A stretch of DNA of 63,984 nucleotides, counting the filler, from Thelocarpon superellum (lineage: Eukaryota), in the NCBI GenBank assembly GCA_026025795.1. It is 3 parts of 3 records of this genome, joined end to end, with 100 filler letters (N's around TTAATTAATTAA, not from the genome) between each part and the next. Parts side by side here need not be neighbours in the genome. Positions count along the whole stretch, not along the records: positions 1 to 21,738 come from JAPEUG010000305.1; 2 more parts are not named here. One strand, given 5' to 3'. Position 1 is the stretch's first letter. Each line of letters opens with the position of its first letter. The position numbers and the translations under genes were made by a program. Shown piece after piece: positions 1-12,651 of this stretch. The notes below the pieces were generated by a model that was not told the DNA's origin, did no database searches, and saw only the letters and a list, made by a program, of their open reading frames with translations.

Positions 1-128
1 TCGATTGGAATGACCCGCCTTCACCGTTCACCTCTCGATCTCTCCTCGTCCAGCCCAAAAGACACAGTATGGATTTGTGATGGCATCGATCTCTACGCGA
101 TGAAATTGACATCACCATATTTGGCCAT

Positions 129-183
129 GACGAGACGAGACGAGACGAGACGAGACGAGACGAGACGAGACGAGACGAGACGA
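129..183. repeat. (GACGA)n pentanucleotide microsatellite
   Basis: About 11 perfect GACGA units read directly. Confidence 0.95.
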
Positions 184-1027
184 AAAGCGTAGAGATGAAA
201 CATTTATGAGTATACGAAAGCGGCGCTCTATCATTATCGCTATCCATTCCATTCACGGTCGTTCGGTCATTTTCCATTTCCTTCGATTCAGCTATCCAAT
301 CATCCCTAACCATTGCGGAATCAAAGCTGATTTGGCAAGAAGAGGTGTTTTCAATCCGAGCTCGTGCTTGTGCCTGTGCTCGTGTTCGTGTTCATGCTCA
401 TGCTTACTTTTGCAACTGCGATAGCCTTCTGGTCTTCCGTTTGGCGGGTGGATGTGTAGGCGAGTAAGGGTGCGAGGCAGCGGGAGTCAGACTCGCGCGA
501 TTGGTGAAAGGCGGTTCAATGTTGTGGGCGGGAGTGTGTTGGAGTGTATGTGGGCGGGAGTGTATTGGAGTGTATGTGAGTGCATGGGCAGAGAAGGGAA
601 GGATGGAGAAGGGAAGGATGGAAGGAGAAGGGGGCTTTTCAACGTATTTCTTCCTTTGTCAGACCAACGCGGACTTGGATGCAACGAATGAATGAGTAAA
701 TTGACATGACATGATATGACAAGCGTTCTTTCTTTCCTTCTATCTTTCCTGCCCATTACGCACGATGAATCATCTCGAATAAGTTTTGATTAGGTTAACC
801 TTCCGAATTTCATGTAGCCTCTGTCTCGGTCCCCTGGACAAGTATACTTTATCGGAGACGGGTACTCTAGCCGCGCATAGGGTATCATGGGTATGACCCA
901 AGAGCTAAGACGCTGATAGAGCTACCCTGAGCAACGTACTTGAGCAACGTGTCACAAGTCGTAGTCCTCATCTTCGTCATCTCGTCTCATCGTCTACTCA
1001 TCAATCTTCGGCCATGAAAGAATGAAC

Positions 1028-2692
1028 TCATCCTCCAAAGATCTGATCGAGGAGGACTTGGCCAAAGACTTCGGCTCCAGGAGATCCCGTCATTCGCCGG
1101 ATGCGATTTCCCTTGCGGTCACTCAGCCAACCCTGCGAATCTCCTGGAAGGTCCATCTCCACTTCATTGTCCCTCTGGGCCTCGACCTTGGTCTGGGCGT
1201 GTCGCTTGCGAGTGCGGCGGTCTACGACGCACATTCCTCGCGTCCACTGCCCCGCCGTTTCGATACGGATGTCTTCCGGACTGCCTGGCGAGAGCTGCCA
1301 TTGGCTGGAGCGCGTGCTTGACGTGAGGGCGTACCCTGTCCGCAATATTTAGCTGGTGACCGTGATGTCGGTGAAAGGGACGATACGTACAGATGCACAG
1401 AGGGTCATGCATGCTCAGATGCGGCGGTCCCTCATGCAAGGAGCCTAGCTTGTCGATAGTTGGGCTGAGGAACGCATGCACCCATTCGGCAAGGGGGCTT
1501 CCTTGCGAGTTCAGGGGCCCCACCTTGGCTTGGAATTCATCGCCCAGGAGGAGGTGGGGCCGAGTGATGTCCAGGGAGAAGAGCGTGAGCTTGAGCGGTC
1601 GAGAAAGCTGAGCGGGGTAACCTGGTAGATGGGGATGAGAGAGGGTATGCATGGAGGAGGGAGGCGGTGGGGGCGGAAAGGTTGACGCTGGCGTCGGCGA
1701 CGTCAGGGCGAATACTCGCGCCGCGGCCACCGAGTCGGCGTAGGTATTGAATTCCGCGACTGGGGAGATCTACACCAACATGAGCGACGTTTGACGAGGG
1801 GCCGGCCTTCACTTACGTTGCCGTGGCTCTCGACCGCGCCACCCATAACAATGACCTCTTGCGCCCGCAGGAACGTCTCCGGATCTTCCGCCGCGGCAAT
1901 GGCAAGGTTGGTCAGAGGGCCGATGGCAACAATAGTGATAGTGTCTGCTTCATTCTCCCGAAGGAGACGAAGGATCTCCCGGTGCGACTGGACTTGCGAG
2001 GGGATGAACAGGGTGGATGCGGCCGCCATCTCCTGGCCGAGAGGGGGCGCGACATGATCATCCGAGGTCGTAGGGACCGCCTCAAAAAGAGTCGACCATG
2101 TCTCGCGTGGGGTGAGGTGGGGATGCTTGGGATGCTCCATCAACGCTCCCATGTAGACCATCATCAAGACTTACACTGAAGGAAACCCCGCCAAGTCCAT
2201 CGTTGCCATCTAACCGCCGCGTCAGTCAAGATGAGACATGCACCATGTGCCCAGAGGCCGCACGGAAATAGTCTGCCATGACCATCTGGTCTTCCAATGG
2301 CTTCTCGGCGCCCACCGCGACAACGGGACGGCAGGCCCTGAGTGCTCCGAAGCCCTCGGGCCGCCCTTTGCTTCGGCGCCACGCGAGTTCTCGCGAGATT
2401 ACATAGAACATCGACACCACGTTGCGGAGACAACTTGTTCATTGTGTCAGCAAGATCGGTCACGATCACCGTGGACCGTCCCGTCTTGCACATACTGTTC
2501 AACCTCCACATTGCCAAAGGTCACCGAGAGCAGCATGACCTCGACATCTTCTGCGGCGGCGGACAGGGCAAAGAGAATGGCCAGGATATCGTCGACCCTG
2601 AGATGTGATCAGCTGACGCGAGTACTACTGCTGGCTCATGCCGACGCCCACCCTGGGTCGGTGTCGATGATGATCCGTCGACGAGGAGCCAT
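1028..2692 (-). CDS. Inosine/uridine-preferring nucleoside hydrolase, multi-exon
   Basis: Spliced N-terminus MAPRRRIIIDTDPG-VDDILA, then VTFGNV, TIVAIGPLTNLA, VIVMGGAV...GNV and MHDPLC family motifs; GT-AG introns join the ORF pieces; last exon ends QIFGG* at 1028. Confidence 0.9.
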
Positions 2693-4746
2693 GATTGTCT
2701 TGAACGCTGCTCCGAGCCTGTGCAGCTGTAGGTGCAGATGACGGGACAGGGACAGGAATGGTCCTACACAGCTGTCGCCCGATTGGCCGCCTGGTTGGGG
2801 GTGAAACGTCGGCGAGTGGTACTCGTACTCGTACACCCAGCCATGCTTGCGCCTGGTGTACGGTGGGTCCACTTTGCCACCACCTCCTTGCTTCGACGGG
2901 ACCGACACGGGCCTTCAGCTCCCCTCACCGTGCTCCACGCTGCTTACGTGTGCCGCTCAATAGGTAGTCTCCCGGGATCAACAATGGCGGTCTCCATCGC
3001 CGAAGCCTTGACCTGCATCAGGATGAGTACATTCCCCGCACGCCATGGATCGCAGCAACGCTCTCTTAAGGGAACTGGACAGTTTGCTCTATGTTACTGG
3101 ATCGTATCCCTACCGCCACGACAGAATGCGTGCCAAGTCGCGGGCTTTCGTCCTTACATAAGACGCACTTTAGGTAATTACGGTTTGCACGATGGGTGTC
3201 TTGGACGCACAGCACGCCAGGTACCGAGATGACATGACTCGGCCCGCTCGCTTGAGAAGGCTTCAGCAGGTCCCAAGTCGTAGGTCGAGGCGGAAGTGGA
3301 GGCGGGAGCGTCGTGTTTGTTCGTGCGCCATCGTGGACGGGATCTGGCCCACTCGGGAAGGTGCACAGGCACGCGGAAGCTGGCCCCCGCCACGAGCAAA
3401 GCATTGACCAGAGTCAAGACGGTGCCGGAGCTTGGCGTCACTGAATCGGACGATCGATTAAGTCAATCGATAAGGCTGCCTCGGCTCCAGAAGTGAACAG
3501 ATTGCGGTATTGAGCAGGTGATGAACAACGAACAACGTGTCGTTACCAAGAAGATTCTCGACATCACACGGACGTAGGTCTTTCAACGTTCCTTACCTGG
3601 TATGGCTGAAGTCTCTCCGTACGAGTAGTTTAGCGGGCGCCAGGCATTCAAGTGTGGTTCGCGGTTCGTGACGCAGGCAGAGGAATGGTACTTCGTCCAT
3701 TACCTAAGATCTGCGCGTCCTCTAGCTCCAGCAGAAGTGACCAGTCCCCACACGGCACCCCTACCACCGCCGACGTTCCCCCGAGCCCGGCAATTTACGC
3801 GGTCGTGCCTTCCGAATACGCCAAAGGCCAATCGAACGAATCACACGGCGTGCTGGCCCGGTCTCGCTGCTCTCCCTGTTCCCTTCAGGAACAACGACAT
3901 TTGCCGCTGGGGCTCATCGCGGCACTTGACACCTGGTGCATTGACTGCAATACCACGCGTCCGCGGACCACGTCCTAAGACAGCTCCGACCGCCGTGGAT
4001 CACCTCTGTATCTCTCTCCATCTCCCTCTTCCACGCGCGGTATCGACGAGACGACTCCGGACGCTCTCGCTTCATCGCCATTTTCACCTGGGGGATCAGG
4101 ACGAGAATTAGTCCGCCTACGCCCACGTCCACGCCTACGAGTAGGCCTACGCTCAACGAACTCAGCCTGGCTTAATCCACACACCTCTCTCGCACCTGCC
4201 TCTCGAAGTGAACACTGTTCATTTGAACACGCACCTCCTCCTAAACGTCCTCCATCTTCCCATCCCACGCGTTCAACGTGCCACCTCCCACCCTGGCGAG
4301 ACTCCAGCGCACTCTTTCGTCGAACCCCCTCAACATCCTTTGCTACCCATTCTTGTAGGCTCGCCCGGTATTCTTGGCTCTTGACCACCCACCTGCCCCC
4401 GAACTGTATCCTGCGCATCTTGGCGGGCTTTCCCCCAGCTTTTCGCTCTGTGCATCCTGAGCCAGGGAGGCACCCCACCGAGATTGATCGATAATTCACT
4501 TCGTCGCAGTGACGGCCCGGTCCGAGGAGAAGCCTTCGCTCCGTTTGGTTTCGCTAAGCACGGCGAGGGAGGCCTCTCCTTACCTCTCGACGCTTTTCCC
4601 GGCCATCGCCGCTCATCGGTGGGGGTGACGCGCTAGGACCCGGACGCACTGTGGTCCTGCCGCCTGACGACGGTACAAGACGTTCCCTTCACCTCATTCC
4701 ACTACGCGGAGCTAATGCGATGGCAGGACGAGGACCGGCTCACACG

Positions 4747-6174
4747 ATGGAGCCGTGGCAGTCATGGGCGGCGTTGCTTCTCGGGGGAGGAGCGGCGTGG
4801 TATTACTACAACAACACGCGGAGCGGTCCGAGGAAGGCGGGGCGATCCGCGTCAATAAGCCAGAAGGCCGAACGGAGCCAGGCACGATCGCATGATGGGC
4901 ATCGAACGAAACGAGGCAAGGACCGAGACGGCGTGACAGCATCGCCCGACCTTAGTGGCAACGATAGTCGGGAGGGCCTCTCGAGCGCGCCCAACAGTGA
5001 CCGAGACAAGGGACGGAAACCACGCTCCGAGAAGAATGGTCCCAAATCGGCGCTGGGCTCGGCGGTCGAAACGGTGGAGAGCACGAAGAGCATGGAGACA
5101 GCGAAGAGCCCGCCGAGCGACGATGGTGATGTAGCCAAGGAGACGCTCGACAACAAGGAATTTGCGCGGCAGCTTTCGGTGCTCAAGACGGGCACTATAC
5201 TCCCAGCGCCCCTGAAGACGGGCGGTCGCGTCAAAACGACGAAGCAGGCTCGCGCCAATGCTGACGCTGCACGTCTGTCGGTGGCGGAGTCGAGCGGGAC
5301 GTCCTTTGGGTCGCAGAACGCATCCACGCCTTCCTCGACTACCGGGGCGGACGCCGATGACGACCTCTCACCCGCCCTATCGCCGGCCTTTGGTGCCAGC
5401 TCGGCTGGTCAGAGCGTGACGGCGGAGATTGCGGACATGCTGGAAGCCCCCGCGCCCGGCCCGGCGATTCTTCGGCTCACCGAGCCTACCCAGTCGTCCC
5501 GGCCGTCGAAGCCAGTCCCTAAGAAGACGGCGCCGGTCGAAGAGACGAAGAAGCAGCGCCAAAATCGACGCAAGGCCGAGGAGCGAAAGCTTGCGCGAGA
5601 AGAGGACGAGAAGCAGCGACGCGTCTTACTCGAGAAACAGCTCCGTACCGCGCGCGAAGCCGAGGGACGACCGGCCAAGAACGGCCTCTTGAGCGCCAAG
5701 GTGCCCGCGTCATCGGCTTGGTCCAGCACGCAAGGTCCACCGAACGGCAACCACGTTCGAGCGGCGCTTTCGTCGACGGCGAGCAATGCGCCGCTGCTCG
5801 ACACTTTTGTCCCGGAGGCGGTACCAGCCCCGCGCCCTAATGGCACGGCAAATGGCGCCACCAATGGCTTGAAGCCGGCCGAGGCGCCGACTGGACGGAT
5901 CTGGGACCGAGATCTTCCATCGGAAGAGGAACAGATGCGGATGATCCAGGAGATGAATGACGGCGGATGGTCCACGGTGCCGAAAGGCAAGAAGAGCAAG
6001 AGCAAGAGCAAGCGCGCGCCTGTCACGCCCGCGGGGACCAACGGTCACTCCACGGCGAATGAGAGCAGCGAGAACGAACGGGTGGATGAGGGTGCGCGCA
6101 CCCCCAGTACGGGCGAGCCGATCAGCGGAGTCGGCAACGCGCACGTCAGCGATTCCGACTGGGCGGTGGTGTGA
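4747..6174 (+). CDS. Uncharacterised fungal protein: N-terminal membrane anchor, long disordered region, coiled coil
   Basis: ORF 4651-6174; the likely start MEPWQSWAALLLGGGAAWYYY follows a 5'-UTR intron 4673-4726 (GTACAA...GCTAAT...CAG); charged coiled coil ETKKQRQNRRKAEERK; C-terminus DSDWAVV. Confidence 0.8.
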   Translation: MEPWQSWAALLLGGGAAWYYYNNTRSGPRKAGRSASISQKAERSQARSHDGHRTKRGKDRDGVTASPDLSGNDSREGLSSAPNSDRDKGRKPRSEKNGPKSALGSAVETVESTKSMETAKSPPSDDGDVAKETLDNKEFARQLSVLKTGTILPAPLKTGGRVKTTKQARANADAARLSVAESSGTSFGSQNASTPSSTTGADADDDLSPALSPAFGASSAGQSVTAEIADMLEAPAPGPAILRLTEPTQSSRPSKPVPKKTAPVEETKKQRQNRRKAEERKLAREEDEKQRRVLLEKQLRTAREAEGRPAKNGLLSAKVPASSAWSSTQGPPNGNHVRAALSSTASNAPLLDTFVPEAVPAPRPNGTANGATNGLKPAEAPTGRIWDRDLPSEEEQMRMIQEMNDGGWSTVPKGKKSKSKSKRAPVTPAGTNGHSTANESSENERVDEGARTPSTGEPISGVGNAHVSDSDWAVV

Positions 6175-7917
6175 GTGGGACTAACGGGCTCAATGGGGCG
6201 TTTCCTTTCCCTGACGATGAGGCGAGCGACGCCAGACTGTTCGGACGCGACACATGGGTGTTGCCTTGCGCCCTTTTTTCTTGTAAACTGTCTTCTTCTT
6301 TCCTTCCCTCCTCTTTGCATGGACACGCGACATGCGATCCCGCCACCAGGTGCGTGCTTGACCTTGCGCACAAGTACGCACGATGCGTGAGGGTGCGCGA
6401 GGGTGCGCGATGGGGCGAGGGGTTCCGGTAGTAACCGCTTTGATCCTTCTCTTCGAGGCGTCGTTCACTTCCGCCTCATGCTTCTCTCCGGGACAGTCGA
6501 TTGCGGCGGCCGGAGAGAGGAGGTCGTCTCCTTGGGTGGCATACTGGGCTTTCTCTGCTTGTACTATTGTATTATTGTCTCCGCACTTGTGTAGCATAAG
6601 GAGCCCAAGCTGAAAAGCGTCACCAATTGTGCCCAGCCTAACCCCACCTTGTACGGGTACCACGTTGCCATATCACCATCTCGCCACACGCGGAACATGT
6701 TTGGTAACGATGTGGAGAATGATAAGGTACGAAGTTCTACGCTGGAACGGTACTAGACCAAGCGGACATAACGGTGGCAGAGGCAGACGGATCTACAACA
6801 AGGCGGGGTAAAGGGTCCGCAGTGACGGTACGAGTACGGTAAGTTGGTGCTGGATGTGCATGAGGGACGGGCGGAGTTGAGCGAGGGAGGGGAGGGTTGG
6901 GACGCGACGCGAGCGACGCTATGCCGGACGACCGTCTCAGCATAGGCAGTGTCAGGGCGCTGCAGGGCCCCGGGACCCCGTAGCCGCGTGATCGGTCGAA
7001 TGTCGCAAAGCCAGGCCGGGCCAGGCCAGAGCAGGACTTTTTTCTGGAAGATCTTCGATCGGTTCTCGCTGTCGACGTTGGTCCGAGAACTCCTGCTGAA
7101 GTTCGCGCCGGTGCTTGCACTGTGGCGATGTCTGGTACTTGGTAGCGTTGCGGGCGGTCTTGCGACTGGCATCTAAGCTGTCAACGTTGTTGCGGTTCCA
7201 GCGGGCGATTTCTTGGCATGAGCACTCCGTGTGCGTGCCCGTGGTCCGAGTCGCCGTGTGGCGGGCATGCGCACTCTGTACGGGACGAAGTACTCCGTAC
7301 GATATTCCCCGTGGCTGCCAGTAGTGCCAGGATACTGGCAAGCCGCTTCTACAGAGCACTGGCTGCTGGAACCCATACTATGGTGTGATTGCCGGCTATG
7401 GTGTGATTTACGACGGGGCAGCACAAGGGAAGCTCGTCGCAGTAGCCGCCGGAGGAAGAGGGCGACATTCGTACTCGCACCGATCCCAGGAACGGGCAGC
7501 TGACGGAGACTGGGTCGACTCGTAACTGTTCTCCGTGAATTCGATAGTTGGTCTGGCGACCTGTTACTGGTGGTGGCGGCGGTCGTTCGGTCTTCACGCC
7601 GGGACGCTACTAGCTTGAGCTCTAACGCGTCGCTAATAGCGAAGAACGGCAGTTGATCGCTGCGGTAAATTCCATTTCTAGATCTGTCCAGATATCCTGT
7701 GCTCGTGTCGAAAGCCTCACCCTACGCCGTTGCTCTCGCTGCCACCTGCTCGTCTGGTTCCACCGCTCCCTTCCGCACTCAGCATCGACCACTGTGTCCA
7801 GGACTTGGGCACCACCGCCATCTGCCATCTGCCGTCCCCGGCCTGCCTCCTCTCCTGAATGTGCCTTTGATCCCTCGCTCTCGCCCTCACCCTCGCTCCT
7901 CGCTCCTCGACGTCACC

Positions 7918-9143
7918 ATGGCCCAAATACGGGGAACGGCGGGTTACCATCTCGCCAATCAGAATCCCTTTGCCGGCCCCAGCAGCGCCGAGGCCACCAA
8001 CGACCCCAGCCCGCTCGATGCGATCCGAGAGCAGACCAGCAAGATTGAGGATTGGTTGGATACGATATCCGAGCCTGTGAAGCCGTGGGTGTCCCGCCGT
8101 CGGTCCTGGGTCCCGTCGAGCCTGGCTAACCCGTCGACGCAGGTACCTTCCTGCCATCGGCCGATTTCTGATTGTCGTGACCTTCTTGGAGGACGCCATT
8201 AGGATCGTGACCCAATGGCACGACCAGCTGTTGTACCTGCATGACTTCCGTTCCAGTAGGTGGACGTGGATGGCCTTCCCGGCCTAAGGCGGGGTCATGG
8301 AGCTGACGTCGATCGCGCAGTTCCCTACGGGGTCACCCACGTCTTCCTCATCGTCAACGTCATCGCCATGACCGTGTCCTCGGTGCTGGTCATCATCCGC
8401 AAATACAGCGACTATGCGGTAGCGGGCTTGCTGGGGGTGGTGGTTACGCAAGCGCTGGGATACGGACTGATCTTCGACCTGAACTTCTTCCTGCGCAACC
8501 TGTCGGTGATTGGCGGGCTTCTGATGGTGCTGTCGGACTCGTGGGTGCGAAAGAAGTTTGCGCCGGCCGGCCTGCCGCAGATCGACGAGAAGGACCGCAA
8601 GATGTACTTCCAGCTGGCGGGACGCGTGCTGTTGATCTTCCTCTTTATCGGCTTCGTCTTTGCAGGCGAATGGAGCGTCGGCCGCATCGTGGTCAGCGTG
8701 ATAGGATTCATTGCCTGCATCATGGTGGTGGTGGGATTCAAAGCCAAGTGGAGTGCGGTGCTGCTTGTGTTGATCCTGAGCGTCTTCAACATTCTCGTCA
8801 ACAACTTCTGGACGGTGAGCAGAAGTGCGCCTGGGAGGGTTCAATCATGGACTACGCTAACAGGCGACGGCAGCTTCACCATCAACACCCGCACAAGGAC
8901 TTTGCCAAATACGACTTTTTCCAGATTCTGTCGATTGTGTAAGTCCGCTCGCTTTGCACCCTCCTGCATTCCACTACCTGCGCGATACTCCTGCGCACGA
9001 CTCTCCTGCGCGAATGACTATGGCAGGAAAGAAGAATGGAGAAGCTAACGATGGACGTTGTGACGAACAGTGGCGGCCTCCTCCTACTCGTCAACATGGG
9101 ACCGGGTCAATTCAGCGTCGACGAGAAGAAGAAGGTGTATTAA
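7918..9143 (+). CDS. ERV29: SURF4/Erv29 ER cargo receptor, 5 exons
   Basis: Spliced YLPAIGRFLIVVTFLEDAIRI, FFLRNLSVIGGLL, DFAKYDFFQILS and a dilysine C-terminus DEKKKVY*. Confidence 0.95.
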
Positions 9144-9201
9144 GCTGGGCTGGGCTGAGCTGGGCTGGGCTGGGCTGGGCTGGGCTGGGCTGGGCTGGGC
9201 T
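9144..9201. repeat. (GCTGG)n microsatellite immediately after the ERV29 stop; (CAC)n and (CCGA)n tracts follow at about 9310 and 9436
   Basis: Read directly. Confidence 0.9.
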
Positions 9202-9912
9202 CCATGTTGTGTTTCCTTTCCTTGTTCGCCTCTCTTGTCGCCTCTCTCCTTCCCCACCGCATCCTTCACATGTCCCCTGTCCGCCGTCCGCTTGTCCTCC
9301 ATCGTCATCACCACCACCACCACCACCACCACCACCATCCTCCCTCCTACTCCTCCTCCCCCAATCTTAGCGGATCTCCTGCGGATCTTGCGAGTGGATA
9401 TCTATAGTGGATCTCGTAAAGGATCTACAGTGTATACCGACCGACCGACCGACTGACCGAATCGACGTTCTCAATGCATCAATGCATCAACCATGACCTG
9501 TACTCACTCAAATATATCTACACCTACCTAGGGTGAGCGGGTGTATATTTCCAAGCGTCACGTAAATTGGATGTTCGCATCTTGTCGTGGTGCTCTCATT
9601 GCTCTCGTTGCTCTCATCGCTCGTCGCTCGTCGCTCGTCACGCACGATTAGCGCACGCCGCTTCTTCATTGCTTCTGTCATTGCTTCGTATGCTGTCGCT
9701 CCCCACCACTGACGACCTCTGATCACTTCGTTCGGCCGCATCTCGGTGTGCTACACTATCTGCAGATGCTTTGCGCAGCTTTGGTCTCAGATCACCTCAG
9801 ATCACTTCAGATCATCCAGCTACGAGTTCCCACCGACCAAACAATACTCCCTTATCCCCCTTCCTTCCTCCCTTCCTTTGTCATTCATTGAGTGACTGCA
9901 TCACTGACTGCA

Positions 9913-11229
9913 TCACTGCATGGGCGCGATCGACGATGATGATTGAGACGGGCCGGAAAAGGAGGATGAGGTGCTAGTCGAGAGGGTGGTGGCCGAGAGA
10001 GAGGGCGTGAGGAACGAGGGCGTCGAGGCGTTGTTGGCGGCGGCGGCGGCGGCCTGGGCCTGCGCCACGATCTTGGAGTCGGACGGGAAGATCTTCAGAC
10101 TGGTCCACTTGTCCAACAGCGGTTGCATGGGCTCGAGATCCTTGGGCGACAGCAGGTCAAATTCCGTGCCCACCACGACGAAATGCACAAAGGAGCTGTT
10201 GAAGTGTCGCTCCAGGTCCAGATGGTAGAAGGGGTGCTCAAAGTGGGCCCAGTAGAGATGGGCATACACCCGAAACATCTGCTTGTAGATGTTCTTGCAG
10301 TCCCGCACAAAGTTCTCCGGGAACCCCGACGATTTGCCCACCCAATCTCGGCCGAGTTGTGAGAGCGGAGCGGAGAGCGAGGTGGGGCCCATGGCGATGG
10401 GCGTGGTGGCCCCGGGAGTATTCAGCCCACCCGAGGCATAGGTGGCGGGCGCGGCGACGGAGGTGGTGTCGGTGGGGAAGAGGTTGGCGTCCAGGATCTT
10501 GCCCGAGATCCATTTCTGCACGAGCGTGATGTATTGACATGCTGGAAGTCGCGTCGGTTGGCGATTGCTGTCCAACCAGGTATACGTGTGTCTGTTTCCC
10601 GTCAGCACATTCGCTCACTCAGGTCGCGCAATGGCACACGTGGGTGTGGCGAAGGTGGCCCAACGTACGTGCCAGCCGACATGGTCGGGCAATCAACGGG
10701 ATTGCATATCAGGGCAATCTGGCCATTCTTGCGAAAGGTCGATTGGATCACCGTGATGAACTGTGAGAGTAGACGGAATTGTTCGACGACTGCAGGTGGA
10801 CATTATCAGCCTGCGTCCTTCATCCTGTCGGCGAGGGATCCCCAGCGTACCGTGATGTGCCAGCCATTCACCCTGGTCGACCGACTTGGGCTTGGCGGCC
10901 AAGGTCATGTAATTCCCCTTGACAATGAAGATCTGCATGCCATCTCGGAGGAACAAGGGCATCGCCGGCGCGGGCGTGGGCGCCGGGGCCGGTGGAGGGG
11001 CCGAGGGGGGAAGCATGGTGTTCTCGCCGCCGCCGTAGGCGTCATTCTGCGACAGGGTGGAAGAGAGCGAGGGTGAGGTAGGCACGGGTGGAACGCGGGG
11101 AGCGGTCAAGCTGGAGGTAGGATGGAAAGAGGTGGGTGATGGGCTGGGTGATCCACCGCTCTTTTGGTTGCCGGATTTATTTGCCGGACGGCCGAACCCC
11201 TGGCGAACGGAATTCAAAAAGGAAGCCAT
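9913..11229 (-). CDS. MOB2: Mob1/phocein-family kinase activator, Mob2 type, 3 exons
   Basis: FIVKGNYMTLAAKPKSVDQGEWLAH, CPTMSAG, HTYTW, QMFRVYAHLYWAHF, HFNSSFVHF. Confidence 0.9.
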
Positions 11230-12436
11230 GGTCGCTCCCAGTCTGCCCTTGTCCTGACTCTACCCTTTGGTCTCGCTCTCGCTCTCGCTCTCCGTCTCCA
11301 CCAAGATCCAAGACACCCAACTTGTCCACGGCACGCCAATGCAGAGCCAGGCAGAGCCAAGCAGCAACGGTGCCACACACGACCAGGTCGGTGTAGGATA
11401 TGCGGCGTCAGGTCGTCGGTGACTGTGAAGCGCACCACCGTCCTGGAGACTAGGAGGGGCCGGCGTAATCCTCGAGCGAGGACGGGGAGGGGAGGTGGTG
11501 GTCAAAGGCGCGCATAGAAGAGGCAGGGATCGTCGGTCGTGAGAGGTGGGTAGGGAATAGGGAGGCGTACGTTTGCACGACTGGACTCCCGTTGAACGTG
11601 GGACGTGGGGTGTGCACGCGGCACGCTGGACGCTGGACGACGGTGGGTGTTGCCAATCTTCGACGAACAGGATGTATGGGATGAATGCGATGGCAGGTTG
11701 GGAGTCGTGGGTCACAGTTAGATTCGACGTCGAAGACACGGAGACTGGAACACGACCCGACCAGCTAGTCAGGTAAAGACTACGAGTCTGGCTGGTTTGA
11801 CTTTGTGCTTTGCTTTGCGCAGAAGAGGAAGATTTCCCAAAAAGGAGGAACGAGGCCGAGTAGTGGGCCGGGACTGGGTGACAGGGGAATGGTATCGTCC
11901 AGTTTGGCGTGTCGGTGCTATCGGGCAACGTGACAGGCGTGACGCCTCTGGTGAAGAGCCGCGGTGCCACCGTCGCTGTACGACGGACTTTCAGTGGTCG
12001 AATGAGAGGTCGAATGGTCGAAGAGGTCCATCCGAACCGTCACTCAAAGACGGATCCAACTCGCTTCGCTTGGCCACCTGCAAGCGCACTTGCACTTGCA
12101 CCTGCACTTGCACTTGCATCCGCGCTCGATTTCACTGACCTCTCGGGTGCGTCGGTCGGTGTCTCGGTCGCACCCCGAGCGAGCACGGCGACAACGCGAT
12201 TCCGGGGGTGCAGCGTCAGTGGCTCTCACCTAAACCACGTCTCGCTTGCGATAGAGCCGGCCACACCACTCAGGCCCATCCAGCACGTCTCTTCGCATGG
12301 TAGAGGTCAAGTGAAGAGCGCTTGGCGGGACAACAATAATTACGTTAGTGGCTTTGCATTGCGACAGACTCCATTCTTTTGCTTCGTAGGCCCGATCTTC
12401 ATTGAACCCTTCTGACGATGTGGACCTTCGCACTAC

Positions 12437-12506
12437 TGTTGGAATATATGGGTACCATACCGCTAATCAACTTACCCAGCTAGCTATTTACTCACACTTA
12501 TCGACA
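12437..12506 (+). mobile_element. Degenerate LTR-like repeat remnant (copy A)
   Basis: Starts TGTTGGAATATATGG (Ty1/copia-like LTR start) and ends ...TCGACA; shares two sequence blocks with 23338-23390; no clean target-site duplication. Confidence 0.35.
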
Positions 12507-12651
12507 ACTCTTCTTGTCACGCTCTTCGCAAGCTGCAATCAACGCTCTCTTGCTCTATGACCCTTCATTCTTTCTGAAATCCAACTTCAGTCGTTACCGT
12601 CAGAATAGACATCGAGCAGCAAGCGTCTAGTGAACGAACACCTCAGCCACA

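Noticed and set aside
3590..3605. CCTTACCTGG resembling the U1 snRNA 5' end
   Set aside because: Lacks the full ATACTTACCTG, with no evident U1 stem-loops or Sm site; more likely a minus-strand donor-like sequence.
6190..6663. 157-aa minus-strand ORF downstream of the 4747 gene
   Set aside because: Non-ATG start and no recognisable motif; cannot be supported as a gene.
12085..12118. (TGCACT)n and other short microsatellites (about 360-405, 9310, 9436, 56028)
   Set aside because: Ordinary UTR or intergenic simple repeats.
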